Below, one piece after another: positions 34,923 through 42,594 of a stretch of 64,000 nucleotides of DNA. How positions within the stretch are numbered: position 1 is the first letter of the stretch; every line of letters begins with the position of its first letter. Below the pieces are notes generated by a model, which saw only the letters and a list, made by a program, of their open reading frames with translations, had not been told where the DNA came from and ran no database searches. Made by a program: the position numbers and the translations under genes. The stretch lies in IMG/VR virus record IMGVR_UViG_3300021420_000014. One strand, given 5' to 3'. Origin of the DNA: a virus.

Positions 34923-35165
34923 GTGAAAGACGAGCATCCGACTCCGGAGCAGCGCGCCGAACGAGTATTGAATGCGATGTTCGGCAAAGTTGAGCACTCC
35001 GATTTCAACGTGCAGGCAATCGCAGCGGAGATTCGCGAAGCACTGCGTCGGCCGATTGAGAAGCTGCGCAAGGTTGGCGCGCAATGTGGAGCTGGCGGTC
35101 ACACGCAGAGGCAAAAAATGTTTGAAGCGATTGCCAAAGAGTTGGAGGTAGAGAATGGCTACTGA
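34923..35165 (+). CDS. hypothetical protein
   Basis: ORF after tRNA-Trp; GTG start inferred. Confidence 0.5.
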   Translation: MKDEHPTPEQRAERVLNAMFGKVEHSDFNVQAIAAEIREALRRPIEKLRKVGAQCGAGGHTQRQKMFEAIAKELEVENGY

Positions 35166-35508
35166 GCCACGCAAGCGCGAAGGGTGGATGGACAGCACGA
35201 CGTTTGAAAACGAACTGGGTGTTGCGATCGGCGGCGAGAAGGTTTATGCCGACCAAGAAGATCTATTGGCTAGCAAGCCGTGCCTGACCGATCCAGAGGA
35301 TCATTACTGCCAACCGATGCGCGTCTATGTGTTCGATGCGGACGAGTTTGATAAATGGCTTCATGGTGCAGAGGCTAGCATTCCCGCTTCTCAGGCGGGC
35401 GACGCGGGTTCGAATCCCGCTGAAGCTGCCAATATCGAAGCTTGGCCGATGGATCTTAGTTCGCCGGTTGCACAATGTTTGCGGCGCGAACACACCGGAG
35501 CTAGGTAG
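35155..35508 (+). CDS. hypothetical protein reading through tRNA-Glu
   Basis: GGAGG RBS; no stop before tRNA. Confidence 0.5.
   Translation: MATEPRKREGWMDSTTFENELGVAIGGEKVYADQEDLLASKPCLTDPEDHYCQPMRVYVFDADEFDKWLHGAEASIPASQAGDAGSNPAEAANIEAWPMDLSSPVAQCLRREHTGAR
35357..35431 (+). tRNA. tRNA-Glu(CTC)
   Basis: cloverleaf, CCA. Confidence 0.9.
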
Positions 35509-35551
35509 CTGAGGCCGGGAGAAGAACGCATACGGAAAAGCCAAGGATCAG

Positions 35552-35628
35552 GGATCGGTAGCCAAGCGGCCAAAGGCGGCGGTCTGCAAAACCGCTAAGC
35601 GCTGGTTCGAATCCAGCCCGGTCCTCCA
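35552..35628 (+). tRNA. tRNA-Cys(GCA)
   Basis: cloverleaf, U73, CCA. Confidence 0.92.
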
Positions 35629-35666
35629 AAGTTTGGCGCGGGGCAGGATTAGGCTGTAACCCATTT

Positions 35667-35745
35667 CGGGACGTAGGAAAGTCTGGTTTAATCCGCGTGC
35701 CTTGGGCGCACGAGAGCGCGAGTTCAAATCTCGCCGTCCCGACCA
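35667..35745 (+). tRNA. tRNA-Pro(TGG)
   Basis: cloverleaf, CCA. Confidence 0.9.
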
Positions 35746-35775
35746 TTCTGTTAAGATCTGAATAGAGGTACAAAC

Positions 35776-35934
35776 ATGTACTGCAATCCAGGTCCTGCAC
35801 CTTTGGCGAATTACCAGCAACCGAACGCTGCGCTTATCAGCAGCAGCAATGCGAGTGTTCATACGGAGAGCGGCACAGCATCGGCGGGAGTGATTGGGCC
35901 AGCATGGCCAGGAAATTATCACCAGCCGTCATGA
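35776..35934 (+). CDS. 52-aa peptide ending GPAWPGNYHQPS (absent from ORF track)
   Basis: GAGG RBS; paralog of next ORF with synonymous divergence. Confidence 0.8.
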   Translation: MYCNPGPAPLANYQQPNAALISSSNASVHTESGTASAGVIGPAWPGNYHQPS

Positions 35935-35964
35935 TAGAATGCAGTTGTAACGAGGAGGCAACTC

Positions 35965-36120
35965 ATGTTCTGCGTTCCAGGACCAAACTTTCCAGGAAAT
36001 GCTCAGCAGCCGAATCAGCTGTTGATATCGAGTGACGCATCTGGTGTTTCGAATAATCCTACCGTTTCGCCGACTGTGGCTGGGCCTGCATGGCCTGGGA
36101 ATTACCATCAGCCGAGTTAA
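35965..36120 (+). CDS. 51-aa peptide ending GPAWPGNYHQPS (absent from ORF track)
   Basis: GAGGAGG RBS; paralog of previous ORF. Confidence 0.82.
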   Translation: MFCVPGPNFPGNAQQPNQLLISSDASGVSNNPTVSPTVAGPAWPGNYHQPS

Positions 36121-36130
36121 AGAAGAATTT

Positions 36131-36205
36131 CGAGGCGTAGCCGAGTGGAAAGGCGCGCGTTTCGGGTACGCGAGATCGGGTGTTCGATTCACCCCGCCTC
36201 GACCA
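36131..36205 (+). tRNA. tRNA-Pro(CGG)
   Basis: cloverleaf, CCA. Confidence 0.9.
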
Positions 36206-36209
36206 ATTT

Positions 36210-36283
36210 GGGGGCCTAGTCTACCGGCATGACGGCTGGTCTGCACCCAGCAAGAGGGAGTTCAATTCTCCTGGCCTCCACCA
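36210..36283 (+). tRNA. tRNA-Ala(TGC), C33
   Basis: G3-U70, loop TCTGCAC, CCA. Confidence 0.85.
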
Positions 36284-36293
36284 TTTTTTTTTG

Positions 36294-36322
36294 TTGCATT
36301 TGAGTAAGCGTTTAGGTACTGT
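36294..36322 (+). promoter_or_regulatory. promoter TTGCAT-17-TACTGT with operator TAAGCGTTTA
   Basis: motif 36305-36314. Confidence 0.65.
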
Positions 36323-36354
36323 GTTCCAAGTCGCAGGGCGGTTTGGGCCACCCG

Positions 36355-36390
36355 GTTTCGAGCGTTTCGAGCGTTTCGAGCGTTTCGAGC
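36355..36390 (+). repeat. tandem repeat (GTTTCGAGC)x4
   Basis: four exact copies. Confidence 0.95.
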
Positions 36391-36543
36391 TTCTAGAGCA
36401 GTACGATAGTAGCATCATCAGGTGGACGTCGTTTGGCGGCGTCCACCTGATTCTTCAAGGAGCGATAACATGGCTCACCTACGAGATTACCTTTATCGCG
36501 GCGATACGCTCCTCGCCCTTTTACATAGCTAAACATTTTCTGC

Positions 36544-36617
36544 GGGGACGTGATCTACCGGTATGATGCGGCACTGTCTATGCCGTCGAGCGAGTTCGAT
36601 TCTCGTCGTCCCCGCCA
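36544..36617 (+). tRNA. tRNA-Asp(GTC)
   Basis: cloverleaf, CCA. Confidence 0.9.
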
Positions 36618-36624
36618 TCTCTTC

Positions 36625-36701
36625 GGTGGACGTGGCCGAGTGGTTATGGCACCGGATTGTGGCTCCGGTTTTCGCGAGTTCGAATCTCGTCGTCCACCCC
36701 A
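36625..36701 (+). tRNA. tRNA-His(GTG)
   Basis: G-1:C73, CCA. Confidence 0.92.
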
Positions 36702-36709
36702 AGTTTTGG

Positions 36710-36794
36710 GCTCGGTTGGCGGAATTGGCAGACGCGCAAGGTCGAGAGCCTTGTGGGTAACACCGTACAGGTTCGAGTCCTGTACCGAGCACCA
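36710..36794 (+). tRNA. tRNA-Leu(GAG), C33
   Basis: Leu-type D-arm, loop TCGAGAG. Confidence 0.85.
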
Positions 36795-36799
36795 AATTT

Positions 36800-37210
36800 A
36801 TGAACTTTGGCACGCTGCCACTGGACACTCCGGCAGAAGTGCTGCGTCAAGCGCAGTGGTCTAAATCATGGCGAGCGTATGCGGGAACGCGATTAACGCT
36901 GAGATACAAAGCGAGGCGGCGTTGTTATTACTGCGGCGTACCAATGACGCGAGATGGCCGTGCATCCATGCACAATTTTATGACGCGCGATCATTTGGTG
37001 GCGCGATCGAAGGGCGGAAATTTTAAGTGGATTGCAAACAAGAGGGCGACTCCAGAAGAACGAAACATGGTTCATGCGTGCCGATGGTGCAACAACCTGA
37101 AACGCGATATGAGCGTAGAAGAATTTCGGACAGTGTTCGCGGCTCTTAGCGGAACGGCGCAATTTTACAGCGAGAGCCATGTGCCCGATTGGTCTCAGAT
37201 TTTTGCGTAA
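36800..37210 (+). CDS. HNH endonuclease
   Basis: CYYCG, TRDHLVARSKGG, NMVHACRWCNNLK. Confidence 0.88.
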   Translation: MNFGTLPLDTPAEVLRQAQWSKSWRAYAGTRLTLRYKARRRCYYCGVPMTRDGRASMHNFMTRDHLVARSKGGNFKWIANKRATPEERNMVHACRWCNNLKRDMSVEEFRTVFAALSGTAQFYSESHVPDWSQIFA

Positions 37211-37218
37211 CGATTTTT

Positions 37219-37306
37219 GGGACGTTGGCAGAGCGGCTAATGCACTCGGCTGTAGACCGAGCGGCCCTTCGGGTCTTCGCACGTTCGAGTCGTGCACGTC
37301 CCACCA
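37219..37306 (+). tRNA. tRNA-Tyr(GTA)
   Basis: long variable arm, CCA. Confidence 0.9.
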
Positions 37307-37310
37307 GATT

Positions 37311-37388
37311 GCGGGTGTAGCAGAAACTGGCAAATGCGCCTGGTTCAGGCCCAGGATCTTGGAGGTTCGATTCCTCTCACCCGCACCA
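37311..37388 (+). tRNA. tRNA-Leu(CAG), short variable loop
   Basis: cloverleaf, CCA. Confidence 0.85.
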
Positions 37389-37392
37389 GATT

Positions 37393-37477
37393 GCGCCCTT
37401 GGCGGAATTGGCAGACGCACCTGATTCAAAATCAGACGCCTTCGGGTATGCAGGTTCGACTCCTGCAGGGCGCACCA
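37393..37477 (+). tRNA. tRNA-Leu(CAA)
   Basis: cloverleaf, CCA. Confidence 0.92.
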
Positions 37478-37542
37478 AATGTAAAGTTTTCCTGACATGA
37501 AATTGTCAAGTTTATTTGACATGCGGGATGGATGAAAAGGAT

Positions 37543-37624
37543 GCCCGGCTGGCGGAACGGCAGACGCGCACGGTCTAAACCCGTGTCCCTTGGGGTGAGA
37601 GTTCAAATCTCTCGCCGGGCACCA
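37543..37624 (+). tRNA. tRNA-Leu(TAA), C33
   Basis: Leu-type D-arm, loop TCTAAAC. Confidence 0.85.
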
Positions 37625-37681
37625 AGCCTAAAAATTACCGCCTCCCGCACACCTCAGAATCCTCAGCTGAAATACCCTCAA

Positions 37682-37724
37682 AATAATTCTTGTTGTTGCT
37701 GTTGCTTTTTTGATCTAGGCTCCT
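37682..37724 (+). promoter_or_regulatory. putative late promoter; 28-bp exact repeat of 52530-52557
   Basis: AATAATTCTTGTTGTTGCTGTTGCTTTT upstream of head genes. Confidence 0.55.
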
Positions 37725-37771
37725 GTCTCGATGGTTGATTCCCAAAACATTGATGTTTTGACAGTGGCGAG

Positions 37772-38986
37772 ATGAGCGAGCTGACTAGCGACAAAAGCAT
37801 TTTCATCCCATTCTCAAAAGTGGATGTGGTGAAGAGAGAAGTTTCCGGAATCGTCACCGCCGAACAGCCCGACAAGGATCTCGAGGTTTGCGATTACGAA
37901 AAATCAAAGCCTTATTACAAAGCCGTGATTCAAGAGATCGGCAAGGCCACTGATGGCAAGAATTTTTTTCCGCTTCGATATATGCATCAGCTGGATGCAG
38001 TCGGCAAGTGCATCGGTTTCAACTTCAACGATTCCGACAAAGAAATAGAAATGACATTTAAGGTGGTAGATGAAGAAGCTTGGAAGAAAGTCGACGAGCG
38101 TGTGCTCACTGGTTTCAGCCAGGGTGGCCGCAAAGTAGGCGATCAAGTTCCGGATCCCGTGCACAAAGGGTGCATGCGGTACGTAGCGAATCCAAGCGAA
38201 ATTTCTCTGGTAGACAATCCTTGCCTCGCAAGCGCCCATTTTGCCTACGTCAAGGCGGACGGCCAAGTGGAAATGCGGAAATTCCTCAAGACTGTTGAAT
38301 CGCCAGAGGCTCGTATTGCCGCGTTGGAAAAGGATGTCAGCCTGTTAAAGGCTGGCGGAGCTTCACAGCAGACAACGCAGAAGCAAGTTACTCCTCCGGC
38401 AGAGCTAATCAAGAAAACCAAGCGTGTTGGCGGCAAAGATTTGCAGGCTTCGGCTTTCGCCTTTGTGGGAGATCCAGAGAAGACCGAGACCTGGAAGCTG
38501 CCCATCCACGATAAGGCGCACGCGCAAAATGCGCTTGCCCGATTCAATCAGACTCAAGGTATTCCTCCGTCCGCCAAAGCGAAAGTAAAGTCCAAGATCG
38601 TAGCCGCCGCGAAGAAATTCGGAATCGATGTGGCCAGCGAAAATGAAAAGATCGCTGCAATTGCGGATGCGCTGCGCAAGGGCGTGCGCATTTACGTGAA
38701 CCGGAATTACAGCAAAGTTGTGAGCCCGCGGCTGTTGAAGCTCGATAGCGAGCTCGGCAAATTAGCGAAGGGCATGTACGAAGTAGAGAGCCTGGCAGGC
38801 CATCTCGATTGTTTGAGCCGGCTTCTTTACTGCGTGTGTTGCGAGCAGGAATGGGAAGGCGACGATTCGTCGGAGCTTCCGGAAATGCTTGCGCAGAATT
38901 TAATCGATCTGGCCGGTACTCTGGTTGAAATGGTGGATGAAGAGACGCGCGAAATGATTGAAGAAGCGCGTATGCACGTCGCCTAA
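37772..38986 (+). CDS. prohead protease-like protein with DUF6582-like domain
   Basis: RYMHQ..VGK, TGFSQGG, EISLVDNPC; KLPIHDKAHAQNALARFNQ; position before MCP. Confidence 0.82.
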   Translation: MSELTSDKSIFIPFSKVDVVKREVSGIVTAEQPDKDLEVCDYEKSKPYYKAVIQEIGKATDGKNFFPLRYMHQLDAVGKCIGFNFNDSDKEIEMTFKVVDEEAWKKVDERVLTGFSQGGRKVGDQVPDPVHKGCMRYVANPSEISLVDNPCLASAHFAYVKADGQVEMRKFLKTVESPEARIAALEKDVSLLKAGGASQQTTQKQVTPPAELIKKTKRVGGKDLQASAFAFVGDPEKTETWKLPIHDKAHAQNALARFNQTQGIPPSAKAKVKSKIVAAAKKFGIDVASENEKIAAIADALRKGVRIYVNRNYSKVVSPRLLKLDSELGKLAKGMYEVESLAGHLDCLSRLLYCVCCEQEWEGDDSSELPEMLAQNLIDLAGTLVEMVDEETREMIEEARMHVA

Positions 38987-39021
38987 AAGTTTCGCCGTCC
39001 ATAGGATGGCAGGAGGAAGAC

Positions 39022-39774
39022 ATGTTTAAGCTGACAGAGACTGCGGACCTCGAAAAGGCCGGCCGCTCGATCGCCAACTTCATCGCTTCGCAGGTCGCCG
39101 ACCTTGAGAAGAGCCGCGAGAATCTGGAAAAAAATTATACGTTCCATAAGGCTGCGGCAGCCCATCACGAAGGGCTCGCTAAAGCCCATGCGGACGCAGC
39201 GGCTACTCATAAGGCTGCGCACGATGGATTGGACGATGGCGATATGCACAAGACCGCGCACGCAGCGCTCGCGATCCATCACCAGACCATGTCTACCCAT
39301 CACGATGGTCTTGCGAAATTGCATGCTGCTCATGCCGACACCATGAAGGCCGCGGCAGATTCTGTGAAGGCCGACGTCGACAATAAGAAGGCATTCGCCG
39401 CCGAATGGGGTGCTACGGTTGCGACGCAAGTGACAAAGGCAGCCAATGGAACTGCAATCGTTGTGCCGGCTGGCGGGATGGAAGAAAAGTTCCAGAGTGT
39501 CACGGAAGCCCTGGTTGCCAAAGCACTCGAATCAATTGCCCAGAGTCCGAAAATCCACGAAATGATGGAAAATTTTGCACTCGACCACGTCAACAAGCTT
39601 TTGGGCAGCAAGATCAGCGACAAATTGATTCCCGATCAGGTGCGATCGATCATCCCGCCGTCAGAGGCCTATGGTTCTGCCTTAACCGCAGTTCCACGTA
39701 CCGGCCAGCCGGCGATGAATACCGAGAAAGTGGAAGTGCCGCTGGAGTTTGAACACTTAGTAAAGGTCGAATAG
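39022..39774 (+). CDS. putative scaffold protein (His/Ala-rich)
   Basis: position between protease and MCP; helical. Confidence 0.6.
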   Translation: MFKLTETADLEKAGRSIANFIASQVADLEKSRENLEKNYTFHKAAAAHHEGLAKAHADAAATHKAAHDGLDDGDMHKTAHAALAIHHQTMSTHHDGLAKLHAAHADTMKAAADSVKADVDNKKAFAAEWGATVATQVTKAANGTAIVVPAGGMEEKFQSVTEALVAKALESIAQSPKIHEMMENFALDHVNKLLGSKISDKLIPDQVRSIIPPSEAYGSALTAVPRTGQPAMNTEKVEVPLEFEHLVKVE

Positions 39775-39840
39775 CTTTCTGGTTCAAAGTTACGGTTTTA
39801 AAGGTTCATGCAGGGCGCACAAAGAGCTTAGGAGAGAAAA

Positions 39841-41766
39841 ATGAGAATCGATCAAGATCTGTACAAAGCCAATGTAACGGATGCTCGTTCCAAGTTGGCG
39901 AAGCAAATGGCTCCTGGCTCTCCATTGGCCAATCTGATGAAGCGAGCCTTGCCAAAAACCCTCGGCGGCGAAATAGCCCCGAAGGATTGGAGCCTCGATC
40001 ATCCTTTGGTCAAGGCCGTCGGTCGTGCGCTCATCAAGGCTGGACTGACGACCGCGACAGGCTTTAACTTTTTCGATCTTCGCGGTCCCGCCTATTTCCT
40101 GTTCCCTTTGCTGACGCCATTCATTCAATCTATTCCGCGCATGGGGCGCGTGAATGCCGGCGTCGGCACGGCTGCGCACTGGAAGGCCACGCGCAATCCG
40201 AACTCCACGTTCGTTTACGCAGGCTTGCTTGAGGGGCAGCGGAATGCGATCGCAACGCCAAACGAAATCGACTATCTGGCCACATACAAAGAGTTGGGCA
40301 TGGACGCAGGGGAGACCTTCACGGCGCAGTTTGCTGGAGAAGGCTATACCGATAACCTGGCGGACGAACATTTCCGTAACCTGGCTCGCTTGCGCCTCCA
40401 AGAAGAGATGATGACGTTGTGGGGTAATTCCGGGACCGCTTCCGGAAACCTCGGTTATGCATTAGGTCAGCCGACAAACGTTACGTCGGCACTTGCTGTC
40501 GGCACCGGCACGCTCGGAACTTCTGCCAACGTGGTTGCAGCTGTCGTTGCCATCACGCCATTCGGCATGAACCCTGGCGGTCAGGCTGGCTATGCTGCCC
40601 CTCCTTCGGTGGCCAATGGCCTCACGACCAATTATCTGCGCACGAATGCTGACGGCACGACGACGAACGTAAGCTGTGGCTTGAGCCAAATTTCGAACGT
40701 GGCCGCGATCGTGACCACGAACTCGACGTTCCAGCAAGTTGCGGTTTCGATTCCCGCCGTAAAAGGTGCGGTCGGATACGCTTGGTTTTGGGGCGTGAAC
40801 GTCGCTGCATCTACCGGCAACGTCAAACTCGGCTCGATCACAGCTTGGCCGAGCTATACGATTACCGCGCCGGCCACCGGCGTTCAGTTGGGTAACGCTG
40901 CTGGCTTGAACGTAGACAACTCATTCCAGCCGACAGACTTTGACGGGCTCGGCACCTACGCTTTCCAGAATGGTTTCTGGACAGACATGAACGGTGGCTC
41001 GTTCACCGCTGCAGGAAACGGACAGGTCAAGGAAATTGAAACCGACCTGCAGAATCTCTGGACCAACTATCAGGCTCAGCCGGATGAGATTTGGGTATCG
41101 GCCGACGTCCGGGCCGCGCTGGAATCGGCGGTTGTCTATTCTTCGACCGGCACGAACAGCTACATCTTCCCCGTTCCTCGTTCTGAGCAGGATGGCGGAA
41201 TGCTGGGCGGCTTCATCATCAATGCCTACAAGTCGAAGTACAGCATCAATCCTGAAGGTGGCGCAGCCATTCCTGTGCGGTTGCACCCGATGTTCCCGCA
41301 AGGCACGTTGTTCTACAATATCAAGACCAATCCGTACCCGCACTCGCGCATTCCAGCCGTGGCTGCATTCCTCACCCAGAGAGATTACTACGCGATCGAA
41401 TGGCCGATTGTGACGAGACAGTGGACATTCGGCACCTACGTGCAGGAAGTCCTCGCGCACTATATGCCATGGATCTCGGCCATCCGTACCGGAATCGGAC
41501 CGTTCGTTCCTTGCTATATCGCGGCCGTAGTCTTCGGCGAAGACTTCTTCACCGGACCGCGCGTCAACTTGGTCCGCAAGTGGCTGGTCAACGATTGGCA
41601 GAAGACCGGACCATTCGCGAAGCTGATCATGGCTCTCTACAGTACGTATGGCGAACGTGTCGCCAAGCACGTCGAGAAGAGTGGGCTGCTCAAGGGCATG
41701 TTCCGCAAATTGTTTGATCGTGCATTGGCGAAAGCCGAAGCAAAGTACGGAACCGTCAAGGCATAG
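39841..41766 (+). CDS. major capsid protein with C-terminal CFI-box-CTERM-like domain
   Basis: size, synteny, DYYAIEWP..GTY..EVLAHY; tail starts CYIAAVVFG. Confidence 0.82.
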   Translation: MRIDQDLYKANVTDARSKLAKQMAPGSPLANLMKRALPKTLGGEIAPKDWSLDHPLVKAVGRALIKAGLTTATGFNFFDLRGPAYFLFPLLTPFIQSIPRMGRVNAGVGTAAHWKATRNPNSTFVYAGLLEGQRNAIATPNEIDYLATYKELGMDAGETFTAQFAGEGYTDNLADEHFRNLARLRLQEEMMTLWGNSGTASGNLGYALGQPTNVTSALAVGTGTLGTSANVVAAVVAITPFGMNPGGQAGYAAPPSVANGLTTNYLRTNADGTTTNVSCGLSQISNVAAIVTTNSTFQQVAVSIPAVKGAVGYAWFWGVNVAASTGNVKLGSITAWPSYTITAPATGVQLGNAAGLNVDNSFQPTDFDGLGTYAFQNGFWTDMNGGSFTAAGNGQVKEIETDLQNLWTNYQAQPDEIWVSADVRAALESAVVYSSTGTNSYIFPVPRSEQDGGMLGGFIINAYKSKYSINPEGGAAIPVRLHPMFPQGTLFYNIKTNPYPHSRIPAVAAFLTQRDYYAIEWPIVTRQWTFGTYVQEVLAHYMPWISAIRTGIGPFVPCYIAAVVFGEDFFTGPRVNLVRKWLVNDWQKTGPFAKLIMALYSTYGERVAKHVEKSGLLKGMFRKLFDRALAKAEAKYGTVKA

Positions 41767-41825
41767 ATTCACCAGGAGGCTTGTAGGCGGTTGTTCAACT
41801 CGACCGCCTCAAGTAAACCGTGAAA

Positions 41826-42050
41826 ATGGCAGGACCAAATACACCGACTAAAGCGCAGCTTGCTGCGCTTGCTGTTTTGCAAACCACTTTGAATTCGGCG
41901 CTTTCGACGCTGAGCACGAACACAGCCGCGCATGTGACGGCACAAAATGCCGTCCTTGTAGCCCAGCAAAATCTAAAGAATTACGAAGCGTACATCTACG
42001 GCGGAAATAAACCCGGGATATACGATGAAGGCAGCAATAGCGTAACGTAA
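41826..42050 (+). CDS. small virion-associated protein
   Basis: after MCP, coiled coil. Confidence 0.55.
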   Translation: MAGPNTPTKAQLAALAVLQTTLNSALSTLSTNTAAHVTAQNAVLVAQQNLKNYEAYIYGGNKPGIYDEGSNSVT

Positions 42051-42054
42051 CGGC

Positions 42055-42546
42055 ATGCAGTCCATCTCTCAGTTTAGCCTAGTCCAATCTGGGTATCCCT
42101 TCTCACTCCAGAATACAGTTGGCATAGCCTCGGGCGGCACGCTAATTATCACTTACACGATCTCCGGTGCGCCGGCGACGCTTTCGATTGCGGTTCAAGG
42201 CTGCAAGAATGCCAGCTCGCCTGTTGTGATCGACACCTATATTGGCGTGGCGGGCACGACTAGGAATATCAGCATCTCCGATACATACGATTATTTCGTG
42301 GTACTCCCGCAGTGGACAGGCGGTAATAACGTCACCGTTACCGTAACCGCAACCCTCGTTGGATCCGGCCAGACGCAAACGGCTGTTACTGCACTCATCC
42401 CGCTGAGTGGTGTTGGATCGCCGCAAAATGTTGTCGCGGCTCCCTTGGGAAGCATTTATCTGAATATCAGCGGTGGCGTTGGATGCCTCTGGGTAAAGGA
42501 GACCGGTGGTAGCACTTCAGCTGGTTGGGTGCAGGCAACCTTCTAG
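42055..42546 (+). CDS. putative virion/decoration protein
   Basis: beta-rich, GSPQNVVAAPLGSIYL..WVKETG..GW motif. Confidence 0.6.
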   Translation: MQSISQFSLVQSGYPFSLQNTVGIASGGTLIITYTISGAPATLSIAVQGCKNASSPVVIDTYIGVAGTTRNISISDTYDYFVVLPQWTGGNNVTVTVTATLVGSGQTQTAVTALIPLSGVGSPQNVVAAPLGSIYLNISGGVGCLWVKETGGSTSAGWVQATF

Positions 42547-42551
42547 TATAA

Positions 42552-42563
42552 GTAAGCGTTTAC
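42552..42563. promoter_or_regulatory. operator GTAAGCGTTTAC
   Basis: exact motif in intergenic DNA. Confidence 0.6.
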
Positions 42564-42594
42564 AATCCTGATCTCTTCCTCTACAATCCTCGGT

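Noticed and set aside
30865-37738. Numerous 60-240 aa ORFs overlapping tRNAs on both strands
   Set aside because: Translations of tRNA sequence without RBS or protein motifs
37532-37875. Poly-Cys/poly-Gln ORFs (also at 52395-52636)
   Set aside because: Artefacts of the TGTTGTTGCTGTTGC intergenic repeat
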